DNA from: Oceanobacter sp.
GTDB lineage: Bacteria; Pseudomonadota; Gammaproteobacteria; Pseudomonadales; Oceanobacteraceae
NCBI GenBank assembly: GCA_045430275.1
Contig: JAILXU010000002.1
Span: forward strand, 6,528 to 70,527
Length of the DNA: 64,000 nucleotides
Direction: 5' to 3'
Below, one piece after another: positions 10,266 through 18,857 of this stretch (positions within the stretch are counted from its first letter, which is position 1; each line of letters starts with the position of its first letter). The translations under genes were made by a program, and so were the position numbers. The notes under the pieces were generated by a model. It had not been told where the DNA came from. It did not search any database and saw only the letters and a list, made by a program, of their open reading frames with translations.

Positions 10266-11594
10266 ATGAGTTGCTGGCGCGATCTCTATCAGGAAAAATG
10301 CCTCACCCCCGAACAGGCTGCCATGACAGCGACAGATTGCCAGAATGTGATTCTGGGGATGGGCGTTGCGATGCCACCCCGTTTGATTGAAGCACTGGCC
10401 AATGGTTTGAAGCACAACGACCTGCCACACCTGAACGTCTACTATATGCACGGCTCCGATGCGCTGGAACAGCACCTGTTGGTGCCGGAGCTGCGCGACA
10501 AACTGACGCCCCGATCCTTGTTCCTCAGTGGCCACGACCGCAAGGCGATCAAGAAAAATGCGGCGGCAGGCGTCGAACACTGGATTGAGTTTGTACCATC
10601 GGCGTTTCATCAAGTCGGACGCCTGCTGACCGAAAGCATCGAGCCTGACTGCTTTATGGCCACCGTATCTCCGATGGACAAACACGGTTATTTCAGCCTC
10701 GGTACCAACGCCGACTACGGCGCGAGCGTGATTCGCAAGGCCAAAAAAGTCATCGTCGAAGTTAACCGGTTTATGCCGCGTACCTTTGGTGAGTGCTCGG
10801 TACACATCTCCGAGATCGACGCGCTGATAGAAGCCGATGTGCCGCTGAGTGAAGTGCCCGACTTTGAAGCCTCCGACATTGATGTGCGCATTGCCCGTCA
10901 GGTGGCCGAACGGGTTCAGGATGGCGACACCCTGCAAATGGGCGTCGGCGGCGTGCCCAATGCGGTGCTGGAAATGCTCGAAAACCACCAGAACCTCGGC
11001 TTGCACTCCGAGCTGTTCTCTCCAGCAATGGTGGAACTGATCAAGAAAGGCGCACTGAACGGTCGTTTGAAGCACCTGATGCAGCACAAACACGTCTTTA
11101 CGCTGGCGCTGGGCAACCGTGCCATGTTCGACTTTATGGACGACAACCCATCCATCGTTGGCTTCCCGGCCTCCTGGGTCAACAGCCCGGCAGTGATTCG
11201 ACAGAACCCGAATATGGTCTCGGTGAACGCCGCCATTGAGGTTGATTTAACCGGCCAGATCAACGCCGAACAAATCAAGGGCGCGCCCTTCTCCGGCACG
11301 GGTGGCCAGCTCGACTTTGTACGTGGAGCCTATGGCTCACACGGAGGCCGCTCCTTCGTGGCCCTGCACTCCACCGCCAAGAGCGACACCCTCAGCCGCA
11401 TCGTACCGGAACTGACTGGCGGCACCGTCACCGACACCCGCATGGACGCCCACCATATCGTGACCGAATACGGCTGCGTGCAACTGAAAGGGCTGTCACT
11501 GTCACAACGCGTTAAAGCCCTGATTGGCATTGCACACCCGAAATTCCGTGACGATCTGATGCAACAGGCAAGAGCGCTGGGCTACATTCGTTAA
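10266..11594 (+). CDS. Acetyl-CoA hydrolase/CoA transferase family protein (4-hydroxybutyrate CoA-transferase-like)
   Basis: VSPMDKHGYFSLG, TLQMGVGGVPNAV, GLHSELFS, VDLTGQI, SGTGGQLDFVRGA, IVTEYG. Confidence 0.9.
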   Translation: MSCWRDLYQEKCLTPEQAAMTATDCQNVILGMGVAMPPRLIEALANGLKHNDLPHLNVYYMHGSDALEQHLLVPELRDKLTPRSLFLSGHDRKAIKKNAAAGVEHWIEFVPSAFHQVGRLLTESIEPDCFMATVSPMDKHGYFSLGTNADYGASVIRKAKKVIVEVNRFMPRTFGECSVHISEIDALIEADVPLSEVPDFEASDIDVRIARQVAERVQDGDTLQMGVGGVPNAVLEMLENHQNLGLHSELFSPAMVELIKKGALNGRLKHLMQHKHVFTLALGNRAMFDFMDDNPSIVGFPASWVNSPAVIRQNPNMVSVNAAIEVDLTGQINAEQIKGAPFSGTGGQLDFVRGAYGSHGGRSFVALHSTAKSDTLSRIVPELTGGTVTDTRMDAHHIVTEYGCVQLKGLSLSQRVKALIGIAHPKFRDDLMQQARALGYIR

Positions 11595-11616
11595 GATATA
11601 AAAAATATTCAAAACC

Positions 11617-11646
11617 AAAAAAGCCAGCAGAGATGCTGGCTTTTTT
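11617..11646. terminator. Bidirectional intrinsic terminator
   Basis: A6-GCCAGCA-GAGA-TGCTGGC-T6 between convergent genes. Confidence 0.85.
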
Positions 11647-11661
11647 ACTGTTTATCTCACC

Positions 11662-11916
11662 CTATCCTCTTCTTCCCCAAGGCGATGATCCTGCCGGTTT
11701 CGCAATCGTCGCAATGTACAAAGCCTCAACCTTATCCCGTGCCCACGGGGTTTTGCGCAGGAACTTCAGTGACGATTTGATCGATGGGTCTTTCTTGAAG
11801 CAGTTGATGTTGATGCGTCGAGCCAGTTCTTCCCAGCCGTAGCGTTCCACCAGTTTGGTCAGGCAGTGTTCCAGTGTGACGCCGTGCAGCGGGTTCTTGG
11901 GTTGTTGGTTGGTCAT
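11662..11916 (-). CDS. VF530/DUF2132 family small protein
   Basis: NPLHGVTLE...[39 protein letters not shown] family signature. Confidence 0.9.
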   Translation of the reverse strand: MTNQQPKNPLHGVTLEHCLTKLVERYGWEELARRININCFKKDPSIKSSLKFLRKTPWARDKVEALYIATIAKPAGSSPWGRRG

Positions 11917-11982
11917 GGAAAGGGCTCATTTGATTGTAAAGGCGGGAATGCGTAGAAGAAGATCTGTTCGGGGCAGACTAAC

Positions 11983-12035
11983 AAAAAAGCCCCGACAAAC
12001 GAAAGAGAGGAGTAGCACTCACGCTTGCCGGGGCT
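11983..12035 (-). terminator. Terminator with 14-bp stem and 20-nt CU-rich loop ending a ~200-nt 3'UTR
   Basis: AGCCCCGGCAAGCG pairs with CGTTTGTCGGGGCT (two G-U pairs, valid only on minus strand), followed by a T run. Confidence 0.75.
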
Positions 12036-12183
12036 AAAAACGCTGGTCGTATGAGGAAACGGAGGGGTCTCGTATCACACGTGCGCCGCTCCGTGGGACG
12101 GGAGCATGCGGTAGCCGATGACCAGCACTCGGCTACTGACCCGGCATCCTGCCAGGAATCTTGTTGGAGCTTATATTCTCGAC

Positions 12184-13818
12184 TTATCCAGTCTGACCTT
12201 CTTTGGCCCACTGACGCAGTTTGAACTTCTGAACCTTACCAGTCGAAGTGCGCGGCAGTTCGGTAAACACAACCTGTTTCGGTGCCTTGAAGTGGGCCAT
12301 GTTCTGACGGCAGTAAGCGATGATTTCAGCTTCGCTCAGGCTGCCGTCCTGGGCCAGCTTGACGAACGCGCAAGGTACTTCGCCCCACTTCTCGTCGGGC
12401 TTGGCAACCACTGCCGCATCTTCAATGCCGGGGTGACGGAACAAGGCTTCTTCCACTTCGATGGAGGAAATGTTTTCACCCCCGGAAATGATGATGTCCT
12501 TGGAGCGGTCTTTAATCTCGACGTAACCGTCTTCATGCCATACGGCCAGGTCGCCGGTGTGGAACCAGCCGCCTGCGAAGGCTTCGTCGGTGGTGGTCGG
12601 GTTTTTCAGGTAGCCCTTCATCACCACGTTGCCGCGAATAAAGATTTCACCGATGGTCTCGCCATCGCGCTCAACCGGTTCCATGGTGTCGGCATCGGCG
12701 ACCATCAGGCCTTCTTGCATCGGCACACGCACGCCCTGACGGGACTTGAGGCGCGCACGTTCACCGGCATCTTCGTCGTTCCACTTGTCTTTCCAGGCCG
12801 ATACCACGCAAGGGCCGTAGGTTTCGGTCAGACCATACACGTGGGTAACGTCGAAATTGATTTCTTCCATCTGCTGAATCACCGACGGAGGTGGTGGTGC
12901 GCCAGCCGTCATGACTTTTACAGTGTGGTTCAGGCCTTCGCGCAGGGCCGGGTCAAGTGAGCCGATCATACTCAGAACAATCGGCGCACCGCACAGGTGG
13001 TCAACGGTTTCGGTGCGCACGCGTTCAACGATTTCTTCGGCGCGAACGTGGCGCAAGCAAACATTGGTGCCTGCAATCGCGGCCATTGTCCACGGGAAAC
13101 ACCAGCCATTGCAGTGGAACATCGGCAACGTCCACAGGTAAGTGGCGTGTTGTGGCATGTTCCACGACAGGGAGTTGCTGGCGGCGTTCAGGTACGCGCC
13201 ACGGTGGTGATACACCACGCCTTTCGGGTCACCGGTGGTGCCGGAGGTGTAGTTCAGGGTGATGGCGTCCCACTCGTTTGCAGGGCCAGCCCATTCATAA
13301 TTTTCATCGCCTTCCTCCAGCAGGGCTTCGTAGTCTTTCTCGCCCAGCAGCTTGCCGCCTTCAAACGAAGGATCGTCAATATCAATCACGACTGGTGGCT
13401 TCTGCATCATGTGCAGAGCTTTCTCGACCACGGGTGACATTTCACGGTCAACAATCAGCAGTTTGGTTTCAGCGTGCTGCAGAATGAACGCCACAACCGG
13501 TGCATCCAGACGGGTGTTGATCGAGTTCAACACCGCGCCAGACATGGGCACACCAAAATGCGCTTCAAAGTGTTCTGGAAGGTTGGGAGCCATGATCGAT
13601 ACAGTATCGCCCTTGTTGATGCCACGCTGGACCAGAGCGCTGGCGAGCTGCTTGCAACGACGGTAGACCTCGTCCCAGTTGCGACGGACATCGCCATGAA
13701 CGACCGCAGGCTGGTCGGGATAGATAAAGGCTGTGCGCTCCAGATAAGACAACGGGCTCAGTGCTTCGTAGTTGGCACTGTTGGCGTCCAGATGCTGATC
13801 ATAAATAGAATGGGACAT
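12184..13818 (-). CDS. Short/medium-chain acyl-CoA synthetase (AMP-binding; AAE7/DmdB-like subfamily)
   Basis: ANYEALSPLSYLER N-terminus; YTSGTTGDPKGV; PMFHCNGW; HVYGLTETYGP; WFHTGD; DRSKDIIISGGENISSIEVE; PRTSTGKVQK. Confidence 0.9.
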   Translation of the reverse strand: MSHSIYDQHLDANSANYEALSPLSYLERTAFIYPDQPAVVHGDVRRNWDEVYRRCKQLASALVQRGINKGDTVSIMAPNLPEHFEAHFGVPMSGAVLNSINTRLDAPVVAFILQHAETKLLIVDREMSPVVEKALHMMQKPPVVIDIDDPSFEGGKLLGEKDYEALLEEGDENYEWAGPANEWDAITLNYTSGTTGDPKGVVYHHRGAYLNAASNSLSWNMPQHATYLWTLPMFHCNGWCFPWTMAAIAGTNVCLRHVRAEEIVERVRTETVDHLCGAPIVLSMIGSLDPALREGLNHTVKVMTAGAPPPPSVIQQMEEINFDVTHVYGLTETYGPCVVSAWKDKWNDEDAGERARLKSRQGVRVPMQEGLMVADADTMEPVERDGETIGEIFIRGNVVMKGYLKNPTTTDEAFAGGWFHTGDLAVWHEDGYVEIKDRSKDIIISGGENISSIEVEEALFRHPGIEDAAVVAKPDEKWGEVPCAFVKLAQDGSLSEAEIIAYCRQNMAHFKAPKQVVFTELPRTSTGKVQKFKLRQWAKEGQTG

Positions 13819-13892
13819 GCTTGACTCCTGACGTTCACCGGCAGGCCTTGAACGGCCTGCATTATTATTGCTTTGTTATCAAAACGGGATGG

Positions 13893-14858
13893 CTATTGGC
13901 CAATCCCGGAGGCCGTGAAGTTCTTCTTCATAAAGTGGTTGAACTCACCCACCACACCGCGACGGAAAGCCAGTACGCAAACCACGAAGATCACACCCAT
14001 AATGATGTGAATGTAGTTGCCCAGCGCACCGCCCGAGAACACCGTGGTAATGGCCACAACAATGGCCGCTCCGACCACCGGACCGAAGATCGTGCCCATG
14101 CCACCCAGCAGCGTCATCAATACGACTTCACCGGACATGTGCCAATGCGCATCGGTCAGCGACTCCAGCTCGAACACCAGCGCTTTGGTGGCACCGGCCA
14201 TACCCGCCAGCGTGGCGGAGATGACAAACGCCGTTAATTTGTAGTCACGCACGTTGTAGCCCAGGGAAACCGCACGCGGTTCGTTCTCACGAATGGCTTT
14301 CAGAATCTGTCCGAACGGCGAGTGAATGGTGCGATAAATCAGACCAAAACCAATCGCAAACACCGCCAGCACGAAGTAATACATGTTGAAGTTGTCCTTC
14401 ATATCGATCAGGCCAAACAGCTCACCTCGGGGAATCGGCTGCATGCCATCTTCACCGCCGGTAAACGGCGCTTGCAGATAAAAGAAGAACACCAGTTGAG
14501 CCAGTGCCAATGTCACCATGGCGAAGTAAATGCCTTCGCGCTTGACCGACAGCTTGCCAAATACGTAACCCAGCACCCCGGCGACCAGAGCACCCGCCAA
14601 CACGCCCAGCTCGGTGCTCAGGCCCACTTGTGTCATCAGATAACCCGTGACGTAGCCGCCCGTACTCAAGAACGCCGCATGGCCAAACGACAACATGCCA
14701 ACAAAACCCAGCATCAGATTGAAGGCGCAGGCAAACAGCGCAAAACACAGGAATTTCATCAGGAACACTGGATAAATCACCAACGGCGCAACCAGTCCCA
14801 CCAGCAGCAGGGCAATACCCATATTTCGAACATTATGATTCGATGCAGACGTCGTCAT
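13893..14858 (-). CDS. Branched-chain amino acid-type ABC transporter permease (LivM-like)
   Basis: GMLSFGHAAF, GIYFAMVTLA, TGGEDG, AIRENEPRA, LLGGMGT. Confidence 0.9.
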   Translation of the reverse strand: MTTSASNHNVRNMGIALLLVGLVAPLVIYPVFLMKFLCFALFACAFNLMLGFVGMLSFGHAAFLSTGGYVTGYLMTQVGLSTELGVLAGALVAGVLGYVFGKLSVKREGIYFAMVTLALAQLVFFFYLQAPFTGGEDGMQPIPRGELFGLIDMKDNFNMYYFVLAVFAIGFGLIYRTIHSPFGQILKAIRENEPRAVSLGYNVRDYKLTAFVISATLAGMAGATKALVFELESLTDAHWHMSGEVVLMTLLGGMGTIFGPVVGAAIVVAITTVFSGGALGNYIHIIMGVIFVVCVLAFRRGVVGEFNHFMKKNFTASGIGQ

Positions 14859-14859
14859 C

Positions 14860-15744
14860 TCAGGCCTCCTTGCCGAACAGACCGGCAGGTTTTAACAACA
14901 GCACCAATACCATCACCATAAAGATCACAGTGGTCGACGCCTCGGGGTAGAAGTATTTGGTCAGGCCTTCTACAACGCCCATGCCCAGACCGGTCAGAAT
15001 CGCACCGCCTATCGAGCCCATACCGCCAATCACCACAATGGCAAACACCACAATCAGGATATTGGAACCCATATCCGGGCTGACGGAATAAATCGGAGCG
15101 GCCAGCACGCCTGCCAAACCCGCCAGCGCGACACCAAAACCAAAGGTCAGGGTGATCATCATGGGCACGTTGACGCCGAACGCTTGCAGCAACGCCGGGT
15201 TTTCCGTGCCTGCTCGTAGATAGGAACCCAGCGCGGTTTTTTCAATAACCCACCAGGAACCCAGACACGCAATCAGTGACACCACGATGATCCAGGCGCG
15301 ATAGGTGGGCAGGTACATAAAGCCGAGGTTATTACCGCCCTTGAGCGCATCCGGGATGTTGTACGACATGCCGGAAGATCCGAACATGTGCGTAAAGGCT
15401 CCTTGCAGAATCAGCGCCAGGCCGAACGTCAGCAACAAGCTGTAAAGATGATCTTCATTGGCAATCGGACGAACCAGAAAGCGCTCCATCAGGATGCCAA
15501 TCAGCCCGACCACCACCGGCACCACAAACAGCGCCACCCAGTAATTCATCCCCAGGTACTGCAGCCCCAGCCAGGCCACAAACGCCCCCAGCATGTACAA
15601 AGCGCCTTGGGCAAAGTTAATAATGCGCAACAAGCCAAAGATGATCGCCAGCCCCAACGCCAGCAAGGCGTAAAAGGAGCCGTTGATCAGTCCGACCAGT
15701 AGCTGGCCCATCAGGCCAAAAATATTGATATCCAGAAACGACAT
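14860..15744 (-). CDS. Branched-chain amino acid-type ABC transporter permease (LivH-like)
   Basis: GLINGSFYALLALGLAIIFG, INFAQG, VVIGGMGS; start placed at ATG 15744. Confidence 0.9.
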   Translation of the reverse strand: MSFLDINIFGLMGQLLVGLINGSFYALLALGLAIIFGLLRIINFAQGALYMLGAFVAWLGLQYLGMNYWVALFVVPVVVGLIGILMERFLVRPIANEDHLYSLLLTFGLALILQGAFTHMFGSSGMSYNIPDALKGGNNLGFMYLPTYRAWIIVVSLIACLGSWWVIEKTALGSYLRAGTENPALLQAFGVNVPMMITLTFGFGVALAGLAGVLAAPIYSVSPDMGSNILIVVFAIVVIGGMGSIGGAILTGLGMGVVEGLTKYFYPEASTTVIFMVMVLVLLLKPAGLFGKEA

Positions 15745-15795
15745 GGCGTTTTCCCTCATAGACGGCCCAAACCGTCGTTATTCTTATTGTTGTGT

Positions 15796-15827
15796 GGCAA
15801 CCGGCGGACATGGCTCCACCGGCTGCC
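15796..15827 (-). other. Intercistronic stem-loop 3' of the substrate-binding protein gene (likely mRNA stabiliser)
   Basis: GGCAGCCGGTGG/CCGCCGGTTGCC 12-bp stem with two G-U pairs on the minus strand; no U tract follows. Confidence 0.55.
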
Positions 15828-15848
15828 GGGTCGAGCAAAAAAAATGGC

Positions 15849-17057
15849 TTACTTGAAGTCACATTCCGGCAACTGGGCACCGAAGGCCTGATCACCTGGA
15901 ATCACTTTTTCGATTTCGTACAGATCGTTGTCATTCTTGCGCTCGCTGTCGGTCTTCACACGTACCTGATACATGTCGTGAACCATGCGGCCATCGCTGC
16001 GCAGCGTGGCATTACGAGCAAAGAAGTCGTTCGGCTTCAGCGCTTTCATCTTGGTCATCACCGCTTTGCCTTCGTCGGTGCCCGTTTCCTTGACCGCATT
16101 CAGGTAATGCATGGTCGATGAGTAAGCACCCGCGTGCGCCATGGTTGGAATGGCACCGGTACGCTCGATAAAGCGCTTGGCCCACTCGCGGCTCTGGTCA
16201 TCACGATCCCAGTAGAAACCGGTGGTCAGACGCATATTGCCAATGATGGACGGATCAATCGCTTTGGTATCGGAAGCGAACACCAACAGACCCGCCAGGG
16301 TGGCTTGCTCGCTCAGGCCGAATTCCACCGCGCCTTTCAGCGAGTTCACAAAGTCCTTACCGGCGTTGGCCAGTGCCACAACGTCAGCGCCAGATGACAT
16401 GGCCTGCAGGACAAATGAGGAGTAATCGTTGGTGCCCAATGGCGCGCGTGCAACGCCCACCACTTCACCGCCGTTCTTTTCGATGATGCCGGTGGCGACG
16501 GTTTCCAGTGCGTGTCCGAAGGAATAATCCGCTGTGATGAAGAACCACTTTTTCTTGCCGCTATCGACCAGTGGCTTCACCGTGCCGTTCGCCAATGCGG
16601 CAACGTCGTAGCTCCAGTGAGCATTGAACGGAGAACAGGTTTTGGTGGTGAAGGTATTGCTGCCTGCACCGGAAATCAGGGTCGGCTTCTCATTACTGCG
16701 AGTCACCTGGGATACCGCACCCACCACGCTGGAAGCGACCAGACCATTGATAGCATCAACGCCTTCGCTTTCGATCCACTCGCGGGCCTTGGCCGAACCA
16801 AAGTCGGCCTTGTTCTGATCGTCGGCTGACAAGACTTCAATCTTCTTGCCCAGCACTTTGCCGCCAAAGTCTTCAACCGCCATTTTGACGGCGACAACGC
16901 AGTTACGGCCACACAGGTCACCGTAAGGGCCACCCATGTCGGCCAGAACACCAATTTTGACCTTGTTATCTGAAATACCACCCGCCATGACGGTAGACGC
17001 CATCAAGGCCGTTCCCAGAGTGACAGCGGCGGTCAGTGTTTTTATGGCCTGTTTCAT
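15849..17057 (-). CDS. ABC transporter substrate-binding protein (periplasmic binding protein type 1, Liv-like)
   Basis: Signal peptide; KIGVLADMGG; SADDQNKADFG; FITADYSFG; RSDGRMVHDMY; start placed at ATG 17057. Confidence 0.9.
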   Translation of the reverse strand: MKQAIKTLTAAVTLGTALMASTVMAGGISDNKVKIGVLADMGGPYGDLCGRNCVVAVKMAVEDFGGKVLGKKIEVLSADDQNKADFGSAKAREWIESEGVDAINGLVASSVVGAVSQVTRSNEKPTLISGAGSNTFTTKTCSPFNAHWSYDVAALANGTVKPLVDSGKKKWFFITADYSFGHALETVATGIIEKNGGEVVGVARAPLGTNDYSSFVLQAMSSGADVVALANAGKDFVNSLKGAVEFGLSEQATLAGLLVFASDTKAIDPSIIGNMRLTTGFYWDRDDQSREWAKRFIERTGAIPTMAHAGAYSSTMHYLNAVKETGTDEGKAVMTKMKALKPNDFFARNATLRSDGRMVHDMYQVRVKTDSERKNDNDLYEIEKVIPGDQAFGAQLPECDFK

Positions 17058-17102
17058 ATCGGTTTGCCTTCTCAAGGTTATCGGGTTCAGTCAGCGAGGC
17101 TG

Positions 17103-17870
17103 TTACACACCCAAATAGGTGTTCAGCAGCTCTTTTTTGCTTTCCAGTTCGTGCTGTGGAATTTCTTCGACAATGTGGCCGTGTTCCATCACGTAGTGAC
17201 GGTCGGCAATCGGCGCGGCGAAATGGAAGTTCTGTTCCACCAGCAGAATGGTCAGACCACGCTGCTTGAGCTTGACCAGTACCTCGGCCAGCTTTTGCAC
17301 AATCACCGGGGCCAGACCTTCGGTAATTTCATCCAGTAACAGGATATTTGCGCCATTGCGCATGATCCGCGCCAGTGCCAACATTTGCTGTTCACCGCCG
17401 GACAGACGTGTGCCCTGACTGAAACGACGCTCATAGAGGTTGGGGAAAATGTCGTAAATTTCTTCAAGCGGCACGCCATCACTGCGCACAGCCGGTGGAA
17501 GCATCAGGTTTTCTTCGACATTGAGACTGGAAAAAATGCCCCTTTCTTCGGGGCAATACCCCAGTCCCAGGTAAGCGATTTGATGACTGGGCATACCGAG
17601 TGTTTCGGTGCCATTCACCACAATACTGCCGGTACGATGACCGACCAGATTCATGATCGACTTCAGCGTAGTGGAACGACCTGAGCCGTTACGGCCCAGC
17701 AAGGTCGCCAGTTCACCTTTGCGAATGGTCAGATCAATGCCGTGCAAAATATGGGATTCACCATAAAAGGCGTGCAAATCGGTGATGCGCAGTTTTTCAT
17801 CGGCATCCGGGCGGCTGGCGGCAGCACTTTGGACAGAAGCGCTCTGTACAGAAGCAGCGGGCGTATTCAT
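17103..17870 (-). CDS. ABC transporter ATP-binding protein (LivF-like)
   Basis: GRNGSGRST Walker A variant, LSGGEQQ, LLLDE. Confidence 0.9.
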   Translation of the reverse strand: MNTPAASVQSASVQSAAASRPDADEKLRITDLHAFYGESHILHGIDLTIRKGELATLLGRNGSGRSTTLKSIMNLVGHRTGSIVVNGTETLGMPSHQIAYLGLGYCPEERGIFSSLNVEENLMLPPAVRSDGVPLEEIYDIFPNLYERRFSQGTRLSGGEQQMLALARIMRNGANILLLDEITEGLAPVIVQKLAEVLVKLKQRGLTILLVEQNFHFAAPIADRHYVMEHGHIVEEIPQHELESKKELLNTYLGV

Positions 17871-18712
17871 ACGACGGCCTCCTCGGCTTCTGGCTTGCTG
17901 GTTTGTTCCTTGCTGGTTTGTTCCTTGGTAGTTTGCTCGCCTGATTGCTCAACCTCTTCGTCGGCGGCCACGCCCAGATACGCTTCTTTCACACGAGGGT
18001 CAGCGGATACCGTGGCGTAGTCGCCTTCGGTCAGAACTGCACCGCGCTGCAGTACTGTGATCCGGTCGGCCAGCTTCGAGACCACGTGCAGGTTGTGTTC
18101 AACCATCAAAATGGTGCGATTAACAGATACGCGTTTGATCAGGTCGGCGATGCGATCCACGTCTTCATGGCCCATGCCCTGAGTTGGTTCATCCAGCAGC
18201 AGCATTTCCGGCTCCAGCGCCAGCGTGGTGGCAATTTCCAACGCTCTCTTACGACCGTAAGGCAAGTCCACCGTGGCCACATGCGCAAACGACAACAAGC
18301 CAACGTCATCCAGCAACTGCTCGGCGCGATCGTTCAGACGATCCAGCACCCGCTCGGATTTCCAGAAGTGAAAGCTGATGCCTTCACGCTGCTGCAGAGC
18401 AACTCGCACATTTTCCAACACCGTCAGCTTGGGAAAGACCGCTGAAATCTGAAACGAACGCACCAGCCCCTGACGGGCAATGGCCGACGCTTCAACTTTG
18501 GTGATGTCCCGGCCGTTGAACAGAATCTGGCCGTGAGTCGGAATCAGGTACTTGGTCAGGAGGTTGAAAACCGTGGTCTTGCCCGCGCCGTTCGGCCCAA
18601 TCAAGGCATGAATCTGGCCCCGCTGAACGCTCAGGTTGACGTCATCAACGGCGGTGAAGCCCTTGAATTCCTTGGTCAGATTCCGGGTCTCCAGAATGAT
18701 GTCGTTGGTCAT
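17867..18712 (-). CDS. ABC transporter ATP-binding protein (LivG-like)
   Basis: GPNGAGKTT, LPYGRKR, LLLDEP, VKEAYLG; start placed at ATG 18712. Confidence 0.9.
   Translation of the reverse strand: MTNDIILETRNLTKEFKGFTAVDDVNLSVQRGQIHALIGPNGAGKTTVFNLLTKYLIPTHGQILFNGRDITKVEASAIARQGLVRSFQISAVFPKLTVLENVRVALQQREGISFHFWKSERVLDRLNDRAEQLLDDVGLLSFAHVATVDLPYGRKRALEIATTLALEPEMLLLDEPTQGMGHEDVDRIADLIKRVSVNRTILMVEHNLHVVSKLADRITVLQRGAVLTEGDYATVSADPRVKEAYLGVAADEEVEQSGEQTTKEQTSKEQTSKPEAEEAVV
17894..17938. repeat. 15-bp tandem repeat x3 encoding the EQTSK-type tail of the LivG-like protein
   Basis: CTTGCTGGTTTGTTC twice, then CTTGGTAGTTTGCTC. Confidence 0.85.
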
Positions 18713-18857
18713 GGCTTGTGCTCTGTTCTTGTTGTTATTAACACACCGGACGATTGTTAGATAACGAACGATTAACGTTGTTATCACCGATGGGTCATCG
18801 CTATGATGCCTACCCTAATTGGCCATGATTTCCTGAGTTTTGCTCAAATGTATCCAA

